Virus record (IMG/VR): IMGVR_UViG_3300025120_014869
Coordinates: 1-64,000 of that record
Origin: a virus
DNA length: 64,000 bases
Reading direction: 5' to 3' (one strand)
Part shown: piece by piece, positions 27,312-37,501 of the stretch
How positions within the stretch are numbered: the first letter of the stretch is position 1
How the letters are laid out: each line of letters begins with the position of its first letter
Program-made: the position numbers and the translations under genes
The notes under the pieces: model-generated
The model's database searches: none
The model's input: only the letters and a program-made list of their open reading frames with translations
What the model was told of the DNA's origin: nothing

Positions 27312-29113
27312 AATACGTAAAATTTAAAGATTTAAAAATAAGGAATTTTTTATCAGTAGGTGAAGATGTCGTTAATATAGGTTTTGAAAAAGGCTTGCAT
27401 ATTGTAACCGGTATTAATAGAGATAAAGAAGATAGGAGAAACGGTGTCGGTAAGAGTACTGTAGCTGATGCTTTATATTTTGCTATATTTGGACAGACTT
27501 TAAGAGATTTAAAAAAGAATTTTATAGCTAATAATCTTACTGGTGGTACTTGTGAAGTACAATTATCATTTACTGTTGACGATCCTAAGCACGGGGTTAA
27601 TGAGTTTGATATAATTAGAACTTTAAACCCATCTAAGTGCTATGTATATAAAAACGGTAATGATAAGACCAGAGATAGTATAACTAATACAAACGAATAT
27701 ATAGGTACAGTTTTATCTGCTACTCCTGAGATATTTCAAAATTGTGTTATAATGACTCTTAATAATCATATACCTTTTATGGCTAAGAATAAAACTGAAA
27801 AACGTAAGTTTATTGAGCAAATTTTTAACTTAGAGATATTTAGTAAAATGCTTTTTGAATTAAGAAATGAGCATAATGAAGTTAAGAAAAATTTTGATAT
27901 TGAAATAACTCGATTAGAAGAAACTAATAATTATTTAACTACTCAAAAAACGCATAGAGACAATTTTAATAATGATCAAGAAAATAAAATAAAATCATTA
28001 AAAGATACTATTCAAGTTCATAAAAATGATTTAAAAGAAACGCAGGATAAACTCTCTGATATTGAAGCTTTAGATGATCAACCTTATAAAGATAAATTAG
28101 TAGAATTAGAAACTAAGTTAACTCAGAGTACTGGAGATAAAGAAGAAGCAAATCGTCAATGTATTGAACAAACTCAAATTATAAAAACTAATGCTGAAAA
28201 TCTTAAAAAATTAGGAACTGAAGAAGATACATGCCCTGTTTGTTTGAGACCTATTGAAGAGCATGATAAAGAAAAAATAGAAGAAGAAAAAGAGTATATT
28301 AGAAAGTTTTTAGTTGGGGAAAAGCAAGGAGTAGAAGCTTGTTTAAAGAAGATAGAAGAATTAAATGGTGAAATAACTAAAATAAATTCAGCTATAAAAA
28401 TGGTTAATAATAAAATTAATGATATAGGTAATAAAAAATATGGTATTGATCATATTAAAGATTCGGTAGTTTATATTGAAAAATGTATTACGGAAATTGA
28501 AACTGAATTAGACGGAGTTAAAAATGAAAAGAATACATTTTCAAACGCAGTTAATGAATTACAGCAAAAAGTAGATAATATTAAAAATGAAATTAGTAGT
28601 CTTAAGAAGGTAATTAATTTGATGGATGTTGTAAAGTTTGTAGTAAGTGAAGAAGGGGTAAAAAGTTTTATAGTTAAAAAAATATTATCTCATTTTAATA
28701 GTAAGTTAACTCACTTTCTTAAAAAACTAGATAGTAACTGCGTTTGTATGTTTAATGAATATTTTGAAGAAGAAATTGTCAATGAAAAAGGAAAAATAAG
28801 TCTATATAATAATTTTTCAGGAGCTGAAAGAAAAGCTATTGATTTAGCATGCTTATTTTCATTTATGGATATGAGAAAAGCACAAGGTGATGTACATTAT
28901 AATATTAGTTTTTATGATGAGTTATTTGATAGTAGTTTAGATGAAAAGGGAGTTGAGTTAGTTTTAGAAATTTTAAATGAAAGAGTAGATAAATTAAATG
29001 AATGCGTTATGGTGATAAGTCATAGAAAAGAGAGTATTAAATCTGCAACTGGTGATATTATATTTTTAGAAAAACATAATGGCATTACTAAGAGAGTTAG
29101 TTTTATTGATTGA
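27308..29113 (+). CDS. gp46: Recombination ATPase gp46 (Rad50/SbcC-like)
   Basis: NGVGKST, coiled coil with CPVC hook, FSGAE, DELFDSSLD, ISH. Confidence 0.93.
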   Translation: MKYVKFKDLKIRNFLSVGEDVVNIGFEKGLHIVTGINRDKEDRRNGVGKSTVADALYFAIFGQTLRDLKKNFIANNLTGGTCEVQLSFTVDDPKHGVNEFDIIRTLNPSKCYVYKNGNDKTRDSITNTNEYIGTVLSATPEIFQNCVIMTLNNHIPFMAKNKTEKRKFIEQIFNLEIFSKMLFELRNEHNEVKKNFDIEITRLEETNNYLTTQKTHRDNFNNDQENKIKSLKDTIQVHKNDLKETQDKLSDIEALDDQPYKDKLVELETKLTQSTGDKEEANRQCIEQTQIIKTNAENLKKLGTEEDTCPVCLRPIEEHDKEKIEEEKEYIRKFLVGEKQGVEACLKKIEELNGEITKINSAIKMVNNKINDIGNKKYGIDHIKDSVVYIEKCITEIETELDGVKNEKNTFSNAVNELQQKVDNIKNEISSLKKVINLMDVVKFVVSEEGVKSFIVKKILSHFNSKLTHFLKKLDSNCVCMFNEYFEEEIVNEKGKISLYNNFSGAERKAIDLACLFSFMDMRKAQGDVHYNISFYDELFDSSLDEKGVELVLEILNERVDKLNECVMVISHRKESIKSATGDIIFLEKHNGITKRVSFID

Positions 29114-29144
29114 TTTATATAAATAAGTTATTAAATTATAGAAT

Positions 29145-30380
29145 ATGATAGTAGGTAACCATCCAATGAATCAATCGCCGTTTGCGGTTAAAACGCCCTT
29201 CCAAACTAATATTGCACCACAACAAATGCAATCAGGTCCTAAACAACCTCAAGCACCTGAACAACCACCTGAAGCAGCTTTACCTCGCTTTTTAAATTAT
29301 TATGCTGATTATTCAGGATGCGGTCATTGGAGAATGATATGGCCAGAGCAAGTAATGAATGCGCATAGTAAAGCAGTGGTACATGGTTCTACAGTAATGA
29401 ATGTAGACCCTCGATACTACGTCGATGTCAAAGGTGTGCGTATACAGAGACAAGCTACTCCACAGCAGTTAGAGTTTGTTAAATGGTTACGTCAAATAGC
29501 TGATAAAGAAGGTTTTAGATTAATTTATGAAATTGATGATATTTGTTTTTCTGAAGATATTCCTGACTATAACAAATATAAAACTGCATTTACAGATCCA
29601 GCAATTAGAAAATCAGCTCAAGAAATGATGTCAATGTGTGATGAAATTACAGTAACATGCCCATTCATGAGAGATTATTATAAGGAAAAGACCGGTAATA
29701 AAAACGTTACAGTTATACCTAATTTTATGCCTAAATTTTGGATAGATAGATTTTACGATCATAACCGTACGATGGAGAGTTTTGAGAAAAATAAAAGAAA
29801 ACCAAGAATATTATATGCTGGTTCAGGAGCACATTTTGATGTAGAAAACAGAGTTAAACAGAGAGATGATTTTCATCATGTATTGCAAGTTATTGCAAAT
29901 ACTGTAGATGAATTTCAATGGGTATTTTTAGGTGCTTTTCCACTTTCATTAAGACCGTTAGTTGATGCAGGAAAGATTGAATTTCATCCATGGAGAAGAT
30001 TATTTGAATATGGTAAGGGTATATATGATCTAAATGTTAATATGATGGTTGCTCCTTTGGAAGATAATATTTTTAATAGATCTAAGTCTGATTTAAAATA
30101 TATTGAAGCAAGTGCTTTTGGTATACCTATTGCATGCCAAGATATGTGTACATATGAAAATGCACCTATTAAATTTAAGACTGGTCATGAAATGGTTGAT
30201 CAAATAAGAAAAACATTATCTGATAGAAAAAGATATAAAGCTTTATGTAGAAAAGGAAGACAGTATGCAGAAACTAGATGGTTAGAAGATGACCGTAATA
30301 TTGATTGTTATACTGAACTTTATCAATACGGAGTAGATGATCCTAGAAGAGTTAATCTTAATAGATACAATTTAGATTAA
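29145..30380 (+). CDS. Glycosyltransferase (GT-B fold)
   Basis: GCGHWRM, YEIDD, VIPN, FNRSKSDLKYIE, GIP; P/Q-rich N-terminus. Confidence 0.75.
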   Translation: MIVGNHPMNQSPFAVKTPFQTNIAPQQMQSGPKQPQAPEQPPEAALPRFLNYYADYSGCGHWRMIWPEQVMNAHSKAVVHGSTVMNVDPRYYVDVKGVRIQRQATPQQLEFVKWLRQIADKEGFRLIYEIDDICFSEDIPDYNKYKTAFTDPAIRKSAQEMMSMCDEITVTCPFMRDYYKEKTGNKNVTVIPNFMPKFWIDRFYDHNRTMESFEKNKRKPRILYAGSGAHFDVENRVKQRDDFHHVLQVIANTVDEFQWVFLGAFPLSLRPLVDAGKIEFHPWRRLFEYGKGIYDLNVNMMVAPLEDNIFNRSKSDLKYIEASAFGIPIACQDMCTYENAPIKFKTGHEMVDQIRKTLSDRKRYKALCRKGRQYAETRWLEDDRNIDCYTELYQYGVDDPRRVNLNRYNLD

Positions 30381-30565
30381 ATCCCGGAACCGTATGACGT
30401 ATCATCGTCTCCTAAATTAAACTCTCCTTGTGAGGGTTTTTTAGGTTTAGGAGCTATAATAGGATTTTTCTTCTTTCTTTTACCAAGTATAGATGCAGCT
30501 TCTCTATAACCGACGTTATATTTTCTCATATATTTTTTTATTACTTGATCGAATCCTGGAGTCAT
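30377..30565 (-). CDS. Small hypothetical late protein
   Basis: ORF track 30377..30592; TATAAATA 8 nt before internal ATG (MTPGF) suggests shorter start. Confidence 0.45.
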   Translation of the reverse strand: MTPGFDQVIKKYMRKYNVGYREAASILGKRKKKNPIIAPKPKKPSQGEFNLGDDDTSYGSGI

Positions 30566-30568
30566 ATA

Positions 30569-30597
30569 TTGATTATTTATAGGAACGTTCATATAAT
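30569..30597 (+). promoter_or_regulatory. sigma70-type promoter with AGGAAC element (DNA polymerase)
   Basis: TTGATT-17-TATAAT-6-GTG; AGGAAC at 30581-30586. Confidence 0.65.
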
Positions 30598-30603
30598 TAA
30601 TAA

Positions 30604-33159
30604 GTGAGTTACCGTAATATATATTATGATTCGAGAGAAAGATGTGTCCATTTGTTTACTTGGGATAAAGATGGTAAAAGAATTAAAGTTACCAATTCGT
30701 TTGACCCTTACTGCTATTTAGAAGGTAAAGGAGATGCTGAGTCTATATATGGTACTAAATTAGTTAAGAAAATTTTCAATACTCAGTATGATAGATATAA
30801 GTATTTGAAAGATACTAATATAAAAAGAGTTTTTGAAAACTTACCTGCAACTCAACAGTACTTAGTTGATACTTTTTGGAAAGAAAATGAGAAGCCTGAG
30901 TTTAGTAAAAACCCTATTAAAGTTTTATTTTTAGATATTGAGACTTATTCACCCGATGAGTTTCCTAAACCTGCTGACCCGACTCATACAGTTAATGTTA
31001 TAACTTGTTTTGACTCATTAAACGGTAGATACACAACTTTTGGTTTAAAAGACTACGATAATAAAGATGATGATGTAGTATATCATAAATGTGAGTCTGA
31101 AAGAGATTTATTTAAAAAGTTTGTAATGTATATTGAGAAGGATTATCCGGATATCATGAGTGGATGGAATTCTGAATTTTTTGATTTACCGTATATTTTG
31201 AATAGATGTACTAGAATACTTGGCGAAGAATGGACTAATAGATTATCTCCTTCTGGTAGAGTTTATAGCAGAACTATAAAAGGTATGTTTGGTGTAGAAC
31301 AAGTTAGATGGTATATTGAAGGTATGTCGTTAATTGATTACTTAGATGTATATAAACGTTTTTCAGTCGGTGTTAAAGAAAGTTATAAGTTAGATAATAT
31401 CGGTGCTACTGAGTTAGGAGAACAGAAAGTAGATTTTGGTAATATGAATCTTGCAACGCTATCAGATAATGATTGGCAAACGTTTGTAGAATATAATATT
31501 CAAGACGTTAGACTGCTAGCTAAGTTAGAAGAAAAACTAAAGTATACTGAGCTTATTAAAATGTTAGCTTATGTTGGTTTAACTACGTTTGAAGCTGCTC
31601 TAGGTTCATTATCGGTTATTAATGGGGCAACTGCAGTAAGGGCAAGATATCGTGATCAAAAGATTCCATCGTTTATACGAAATGAAGATACAGGTAAAAA
31701 TCCTGGTGCCTATGTTGGTGAACCTTTGAAAGGATTTCAAGAAAATATTATATCTTTTGATGCTAATTCTCTATATCCGAATGTGATGATATCTCTTAAT
31801 ATGTCTCCTGAAACTAAAGTAGCTAAAATAGAAGATAAAAATAATTCTGAGATAGTTTTAAGACATGTAAATGGTCAAGTGTTTAGTTTAAAGCATGATA
31901 AATTTTTAGAGTTCTGTAAAAAAGAGCAGATAGCTATTAGTAAAGCAAACGTTTTATTTACTCAAAAACGTAAAGGGGTTATGCCTGAAATTTTAGACTA
32001 TTATTATAATGAAAGAGTTAAAATTAAAAAAGAACTTGGTACTATAAAAAGAGAGTATTCTAAAACTAAAAACGATAAACTTAAATTTAAAATAGAACAA
32101 CTTGATGCTAAGCAGTTGTGTATAAAAGTTTTTATTAATTCAATTTATGGTTATTTTGGTAATAAAAATGCACCGTTTGGGGATGATGATATTGCTTCAT
32201 CAATTACTTTAACTGGTCAATCAGTTATTAAAAAATCTAATGATTTATTAAAAGAATATATAAAACGAAAAACTAAAATAGAAGATGATAAAATCCTTAA
32301 TCAATGTATTGTATATAACGATACTGATAGTAGTTATATTTCAGTTAAGCCTCTTATTACAGCTGGTCTTTCGTTTACTGGTGATGACGGTAAATTAACT
32401 CAAGAGTTTTTTAATGAGGTACAAAATATTGAAGACTTCTTAAATGATGAAATTAAAGTATGGGGTAGAAAAGCTCTAAATAGTAGAGATTGTAGATTCG
32501 TGTTTAAACGTGAGGTAATTGCAGATGTAGGTATCTTTCTACAAAAGAAAAGATACGTTCTTCACATATTAGATGATGAAGGTATACCTATGGATAAGTA
32601 TAAGTATACCGGAGTAGAAGTAGTAAGAAGTACTATGCCTGATGCTATTAAACCTCATGTTAAAAATATTATTGAAACTATGCTTTCAACTCAAAATATT
32701 GGTGAGACTAATAAAGCATTAGATAACGTTTATAAAATTTTTAAAGATCTACCTGTGGAAGATATAACGTTTGTATCAGGTATTAAAGGTTATGAAAGAT
32801 ACGCAGGTCAATGCGATGGTTATAAAACTGCTAAAGGTATGCCTATTCACGTTAAAGCAGCATACTTCCATAATTTAATTTTAAAAAGACTTGGAGTTGA
32901 GAATAAGTATGAAACTATCAGTTCAGGTGATAAGGTAAGATACTTCTACGTAGAGCATCCTAACCCTTATAATTTATCATGCATTGCTTATAAGTATTAC
33001 TACCCTGAAGAGTTTAAGAAAATATTTCATGCAGATTATGATAAGATGTTTGAAAAGATTCTATATAATGTAATTGAAAGATTTTATGATAACGTTAATT
33101 GGACTCCTCAGAAACCTGGTAGTGCAGTTCAGACTAATTTATTTGAACTCTTAAGTTAA
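30604..33159 (+). CDS. gp43: Family B DNA polymerase gp43
   Basis: DIET, FDLPY, YNIQD exo motifs; DANSLYP, KVFINSIYG, YNDTDS, KKRY. Confidence 0.96.
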   Translation: MSYRNIYYDSRERCVHLFTWDKDGKRIKVTNSFDPYCYLEGKGDAESIYGTKLVKKIFNTQYDRYKYLKDTNIKRVFENLPATQQYLVDTFWKENEKPEFSKNPIKVLFLDIETYSPDEFPKPADPTHTVNVITCFDSLNGRYTTFGLKDYDNKDDDVVYHKCESERDLFKKFVMYIEKDYPDIMSGWNSEFFDLPYILNRCTRILGEEWTNRLSPSGRVYSRTIKGMFGVEQVRWYIEGMSLIDYLDVYKRFSVGVKESYKLDNIGATELGEQKVDFGNMNLATLSDNDWQTFVEYNIQDVRLLAKLEEKLKYTELIKMLAYVGLTTFEAALGSLSVINGATAVRARYRDQKIPSFIRNEDTGKNPGAYVGEPLKGFQENIISFDANSLYPNVMISLNMSPETKVAKIEDKNNSEIVLRHVNGQVFSLKHDKFLEFCKKEQIAISKANVLFTQKRKGVMPEILDYYYNERVKIKKELGTIKREYSKTKNDKLKFKIEQLDAKQLCIKVFINSIYGYFGNKNAPFGDDDIASSITLTGQSVIKKSNDLLKEYIKRKTKIEDDKILNQCIVYNDTDSSYISVKPLITAGLSFTGDDGKLTQEFFNEVQNIEDFLNDEIKVWGRKALNSRDCRFVFKREVIADVGIFLQKKRYVLHILDDEGIPMDKYKYTGVEVVRSTMPDAIKPHVKNIIETMLSTQNIGETNKALDNVYKIFKDLPVEDITFVSGIKGYERYAGQCDGYKTAKGMPIHVKAAYFHNLILKRLGVENKYETISSGDKVRYFYVEHPNPYNLSCIAYKYYYPEEFKKIFHADYDKMFEKILYNVIERFYDNVNWTPQKPGSAVQTNLFELLS

Positions 33160-33223
33160 CATCTTTTTAAGTAAGTATAAAGAAAATAGTTGAATTAAGT
33201 AATTAATAATATAAAATAATACT

Positions 33224-33604
33224 ATGGCAGATAAAAAATATATTACATTCATTGATAGTGTCGGTAGAGCTATTTTTGGCGTTAATACTTCAGAAAATGA
33301 TGAAAGTATTACCGTACAAAATCCAGTTATGATTACCGTACAACAGCAAGAGCAAGGTCAAATGGCAGTACAGCTATTTCCTTTATTTTTTCAGGAATTT
33401 GTAGTTCCTGATGAAGACGGTAAACGTTATAATAATTTCGATTTTAAAAAAGCAACTATGGCAGTAGCCAGTGATTTAAATATTGAACCAAGAATTATTG
33501 AACAGTATGAGCGAATTGTTAATCCTCAACTAGCACCAGCTGCTACTCAAGATAATAATTCAGGGGGAGATAAAGAGGTAATCAATTTATTTGATGATGA
33601 ATAA
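33224..33604 (+). CDS. Hypothetical protein (possible Sm-like fold)
   Basis: 126-aa ORF between gp43 and uvsX with own promoter and terminator. Confidence 0.6.
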   Translation: MADKKYITFIDSVGRAIFGVNTSENDESITVQNPVMITVQQQEQGQMAVQLFPLFFQEFVVPDEDGKRYNNFDFKKATMAVASDLNIEPRIIEQYERIVNPQLAPAATQDNNSGGDKEVINLFDDE

Positions 33605-33627
33605 TATGAATTAAAAATATATTTTTT

Positions 33628-33656
33628 AAATACCACTTTCGAGTGGTATTTTTTTT
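33628..33656 (+). terminator. Intrinsic terminator with TTCG loop
   Basis: AAATACCACT-TTCG-AGTGGTATTTTTTTT. Confidence 0.85.
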
Positions 33657-33677
33657 GTTATAATATATAATTAAAGT

Positions 33678-34778
33678 ATGAGTAAAGAAATTGATGATGT
33701 GTTATCTGTAATAGATAAAAGTAATCCGTATGCTTCCTTTTTAAATGAAAGTGCTCTTAGCAACGTTGATGGTTGGTTAGATACCGGGTCCATGGTACTG
33801 AATGGTATAGTATCAGGTTCACTTTTTGGAGGTATACCTAAAAATAGAATGACCCTTTTAGCTGGACCTAGCATGACTGGTAAGAGTTTTATCTTACAGA
33901 AGATATTAGCTAATGCGCAGAAAGAAGGTATTACACCTGTTATATTTGATAGTGAAAATGCTATTGATAAAGAAGGTGCTGCTGCATTAGGTTTAGATGT
34001 AAGTAAAGTAAAATATGTACCTGTTTTTAGTATTGAAGAATGTCGTAATACTATTTTTGACTTCCTTACTAAAGTTAAAGAAAAAGGTCAAGAAGGTAAG
34101 TTTATTATAGCTATTGATTCGTTAGGTAATATGGAGAGTCAATTGCAGATTAATCGTCAGACAAAAGGTAATGTAAGTGCTGATATGGGTAGTAGAGCTA
34201 AAGCTATGAAATCTTTACTACGTACTCTTACCCAATTATCTGGGTTAACTAAAACTACTATTCTAGCTACTAATCATATCTATGAAGACCCTGCCGCATT
34301 ATTTCCATCATTAGTTAAAGCAATGCCTGGAGGTACTGCTACTGTTTATCTACCTTCAGTTACTATTCAGTTAGCTCGTAAGCCTGTTAAAGAAGATAAA
34401 AATACTGATGGTAAGTTAGCTGTTGGTCAAAAGAACTATTCAGGTGTTATATTAAGAGCGTTAACTGTAAAAAATAGATTTGTAAAGCAATACTTGCAAG
34501 GTGAAATGTATCTATCATTTGATAAAGGTCTTAATAAGTATTACGGTTTATTAGACTTAGCAGTAGGTTTAGGTGCTGTTATTCAGACCGGTTCTACTTA
34601 TCAATTACCTGATGAAACAAAATTAGGTTATTATTCAAAATGGAAAGATAATACGGAACTGTGGGATAATACTATTATACCTGTTATAGAAGAAAAGATT
34701 AAACAAGAATGGAAATATAGTAATAAATCAGAGGAAGAAGAATTAATACCTGATGAAGTAGATCATGAAGAAGAATAA
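33678..34778 (+). CDS. uvsX: RecA-like recombinase UvsX
   Basis: DTGSMVLN, GPSMTGKS, FDSENA, IDSLGN, ADMG, TNH, GG. Confidence 0.92.
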   Translation: MSKEIDDVLSVIDKSNPYASFLNESALSNVDGWLDTGSMVLNGIVSGSLFGGIPKNRMTLLAGPSMTGKSFILQKILANAQKEGITPVIFDSENAIDKEGAAALGLDVSKVKYVPVFSIEECRNTIFDFLTKVKEKGQEGKFIIAIDSLGNMESQLQINRQTKGNVSADMGSRAKAMKSLLRTLTQLSGLTKTTILATNHIYEDPAALFPSLVKAMPGGTATVYLPSVTIQLARKPVKEDKNTDGKLAVGQKNYSGVILRALTVKNRFVKQYLQGEMYLSFDKGLNKYYGLLDLAVGLGAVIQTGSTYQLPDETKLGYYSKWKDNTELWDNTIIPVIEEKIKQEWKYSNKSEEEELIPDEVDHEEE

Positions 34779-35514
34779 AATAGTAATAACGTTAAGCGGT
34801 GGAATGGACTCTGCAGTTCTTTTATATAAAGCTGCAGAAGAATATAATGAAGTACATACTGTTACTTTTGATTACGGTCAAAGGCATCATAGAGAATTAA
34901 TTTCTGCAGAGAAGCAACTCTTAAATGTTCGTCATGATTTTCCTAATGTAGTTTTTACTAATAAAATATTAGATGCAAAATATATTAAAAATATAGCACC
35001 GGTATCATCTCTTACTAATGATGATATTGATACCCCTAATGTTAAGGATGTGATGGGTGAAGCTCAGCCGAAAAGCTATGTACCTTTTCGTAACTTAATG
35101 TTTTTAAGTATCTTATTATCATATGCTGAAGCTTTAAAAGCAGAGGAAGTTTGGTACGGTGCAGCAGAAGCTGATAGTTTAGCTGGTTACTGGGATGGCT
35201 CCGTTCAGTTTGTTGATAAAATGAATCAAATATGTTTATTAAACCGGGAAGTCGATGTAAGAGTTAGAGCTCCTCTCTTAGAAATGAGTAAGAAGGAAAT
35301 TATTTTAAATGGTATTGAATTAGGTGTTAATTTTGCTGATACTTATACCTGTTATTCCGGAGAATATCCTTGTGATGCTGAATCAGCAAGTAGTGCATTA
35401 AGACTTAAAGGGTTTGTAGATGCAGGTTTTAGAGATCCTTTAGTATATAAACAGCAGGATAAGCTTAATAAAGTTTACGATAGTAGCAATTGTAAGAATA
35501 TAGTTACTGACTAG
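34765..35514 (+). CDS. queC: 7-cyano-7-deazaguanine synthase QueC, divergent
   Basis: SGGMDS PP-loop, FDYGQRH, SSLT, YVPFRN, TYTCY; C-terminal Zn motif degenerate. Confidence 0.85.
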   Translation: MKKNKIVITLSGGMDSAVLLYKAAEEYNEVHTVTFDYGQRHHRELISAEKQLLNVRHDFPNVVFTNKILDAKYIKNIAPVSSLTNDDIDTPNVKDVMGEAQPKSYVPFRNLMFLSILLSYAEALKAEEVWYGAAEADSLAGYWDGSVQFVDKMNQICLLNREVDVRVRAPLLEMSKKEIILNGIELGVNFADTYTCYSGEYPCDAESASSALRLKGFVDAGFRDPLVYKQQDKLNKVYDSSNCKNIVTD

Positions 35515-36785
35515 TAACCGTGTCTAAACATTCTTTCAATTTGATGATGCCTATGCATCTCATTTCTACCTCTTTCAATCATATCTATATTAATTTGTTG
35601 AGGTGATAATGCAATTTCTTCATTATCTTCTTCAGATTCTGATTCTACTTCATCATTATATACTTTCATAAGACTTTTATAAGTTTCAGGTGATTTACTA
35701 TGCAAATCTTTTAAAACTTTTTTAGCTTCTTCTTCTTTACCTTTTTTAAGTAATTCGTAAAATGTATCGTGTAAATCAATTACTTCATTATCTTCTTCTT
35801 CATCACAAGTTTCTTCATCACTTTTTCTTAATTTACCTGTAACTGGGCATCTTTCTGCATCTTCTTCTTGATCTTCATCTGAATCATCTTTTTCTTCAGA
35901 TTTTTCCATTGCATCAGCAATAGCTTGACCTCTATTTTTTTCATACTCTGAAAGTTCACCGTCATTATCAAGATCTGATTTTTCTTTATCTATTTCAGCA
36001 TCTTCTTCATGACTATGACCACCAATAGGTTGATCAGGGTCTATAGATTCATCTCCAAACATTGTAGCTAATTCACGAGGATCCATTCTTTCGTCATTAT
36101 AAACGTTACCTGGATAATCTTCTTCACCTTCTGGAAAGTCTGCTACTAATTTTTCTCTGGTACCCATGTCTATCTCTCCACCAAACTTATCAACCGTTTC
36201 TGTTTCACTTGGTTTAACAATAACAACTGATACGATGTCTTTTTTATCAATATCATCTAAATTGATTTTGGTACCTTTGAAATTATTAAGAGTTACTCTG
36301 TATTTTAAACCATCTTTTACAATTGAATAAAGATCATTATCACCAACATCTCCTTCTGATCTTAATACAGCATCATCACCTAAATTAAGTTGTAATGTTT
36401 CGAAACCTGTATCACCTCTTTTAAGATCACTTTCGGCAGCTCCTTTTTCTCTAGTAGTAATTTTAATATCACCTCTTGTAGCTAAAGGTTTAGATACGTT
36501 AGAAACGATATTAATAGCTTGTTGAACATCATCATCAGAAAGACTTTCAATATCTAACTCAGGATTTTGCTTTTGCAAAAATCTAATTACTTTAGTAGCA
36601 AAATATCTTGGTGTCATTGTACCTTTTAAATTTCTTATATCTTGCATACCCATTAATTTTGCTCTCAATGGATCTGATATTTTCTTACCCCTTGCTTCTT
36701 CAACAACGTCGTAATCTTGACCCATCATATAATTAGATGTATCTTCAACAATAATCTTTTTTTCTTTCCAGTTATCTAAACTCAT
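35511..36785 (-). CDS. Acidic late protein with EF-hand-like loop (possible internal head/core protein)
   Basis: TAAATA-5-ATG; DLDNDGELSEYE; repeated EED[AN]E. Confidence 0.65.
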   Translation of the reverse strand: MSLDNWKEKKIIVEDTSNYMMGQDYDVVEEARGKKISDPLRAKLMGMQDIRNLKGTMTPRYFATKVIRFLQKQNPELDIESLSDDDVQQAINIVSNVSKPLATRGDIKITTREKGAAESDLKRGDTGFETLQLNLGDDAVLRSEGDVGDNDLYSIVKDGLKYRVTLNNFKGTKINLDDIDKKDIVSVVIVKPSETETVDKFGGEIDMGTREKLVADFPEGEEDYPGNVYNDERMDPRELATMFGDESIDPDQPIGGHSHEEDAEIDKEKSDLDNDGELSEYEKNRGQAIADAMEKSEEKDDSDEDQEEDAERCPVTGKLRKSDEETCDEEEDNEVIDLHDTFYELLKKGKEEEAKKVLKDLHSKSPETYKSLMKVYNDEVESESEEDNEEIALSPQQINIDMIERGRNEMHRHHQIERMFRHGY

Positions 36786-36829
36786 AATATTATTTATTGA
36801 ATTTTGATAATTTTATACTATAATAAGTT

Positions 36830-37501
36830 ATGTGCGGAATATTTTGTAGTAATGATCTTAATACGTTTGAAGTATTAGAACAAGCAAATAGAAAAAGAGG
36901 TAACTTTTCTACAGGAATATTTTATATGTATAATACGTCTACATATAAAATTATCAAAAAGGAAGGCGGGTTTAATTTTGATGATAATACTCTACCACAT
37001 GGCAAAGGGTTTTTATATCTTGGGCATAATCAAGCTCCTACTCAAACAGGTAGACAATGGGAAGATGTTAATTCTCATCCCTTTTCATATGGTGATTGGT
37101 TTGTAGCTCATAATGGAGTTATAACTAATTTTGATGAATTAGTAGATAATCATTCTAAATTTCATACCAATCCTGTAGATTCTAGTATTATACCAGGTTT
37201 ATTAGACGAATTTGAATATGCTAAAGGACCTTGTGAAAACCCAAAAGATGAACAAAAATTGATAAAAAGAGTATTAGAAAAATTAGAAGGTACATTTGCT
37301 GTTTGGATTGTTAATATTAAAACTATGAATGTTTATATAGCAAGACAAGGTAGTACTTTGTTTTATAAAGGAAGTAATATATCATCTGTTAAAGGTAAGC
37401 ATTATAGAGAAGTGAAAGAAGGTATATTATATAGTTACTCTTATGAAGGTTTAACTAAAGTTAATACTTTCAAGAATAAATCACCATTTTTAACGTTATG
37501 A
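36830..37501 (+). CDS. Class II (Ntn) glutamine amidotransferase
   Basis: N-terminal MCGIF, RG, GHNQAPT, NSHPF, AHNGVI, DS. Confidence 0.88.
   Translation: MCGIFCSNDLNTFEVLEQANRKRGNFSTGIFYMYNTSTYKIIKKEGGFNFDDNTLPHGKGFLYLGHNQAPTQTGRQWEDVNSHPFSYGDWFVAHNGVITNFDELVDNHSKFHTNPVDSSIIPGLLDEFEYAKGPCENPKDEQKLIKRVLEKLEGTFAVWIVNIKTMNVYIARQGSTLFYKGSNISSVKGKHYREVKEGILYSYSYEGLTKVNTFKNKSPFLTL

Noticed and set aside
34765-35514. QueC as part of a QatABCD or CBASS defence system
   Set aside because: No TatD, KAP NTPase or CD-NTase nearby; folE2/queD/queE point to deazaguanine biosynthesis
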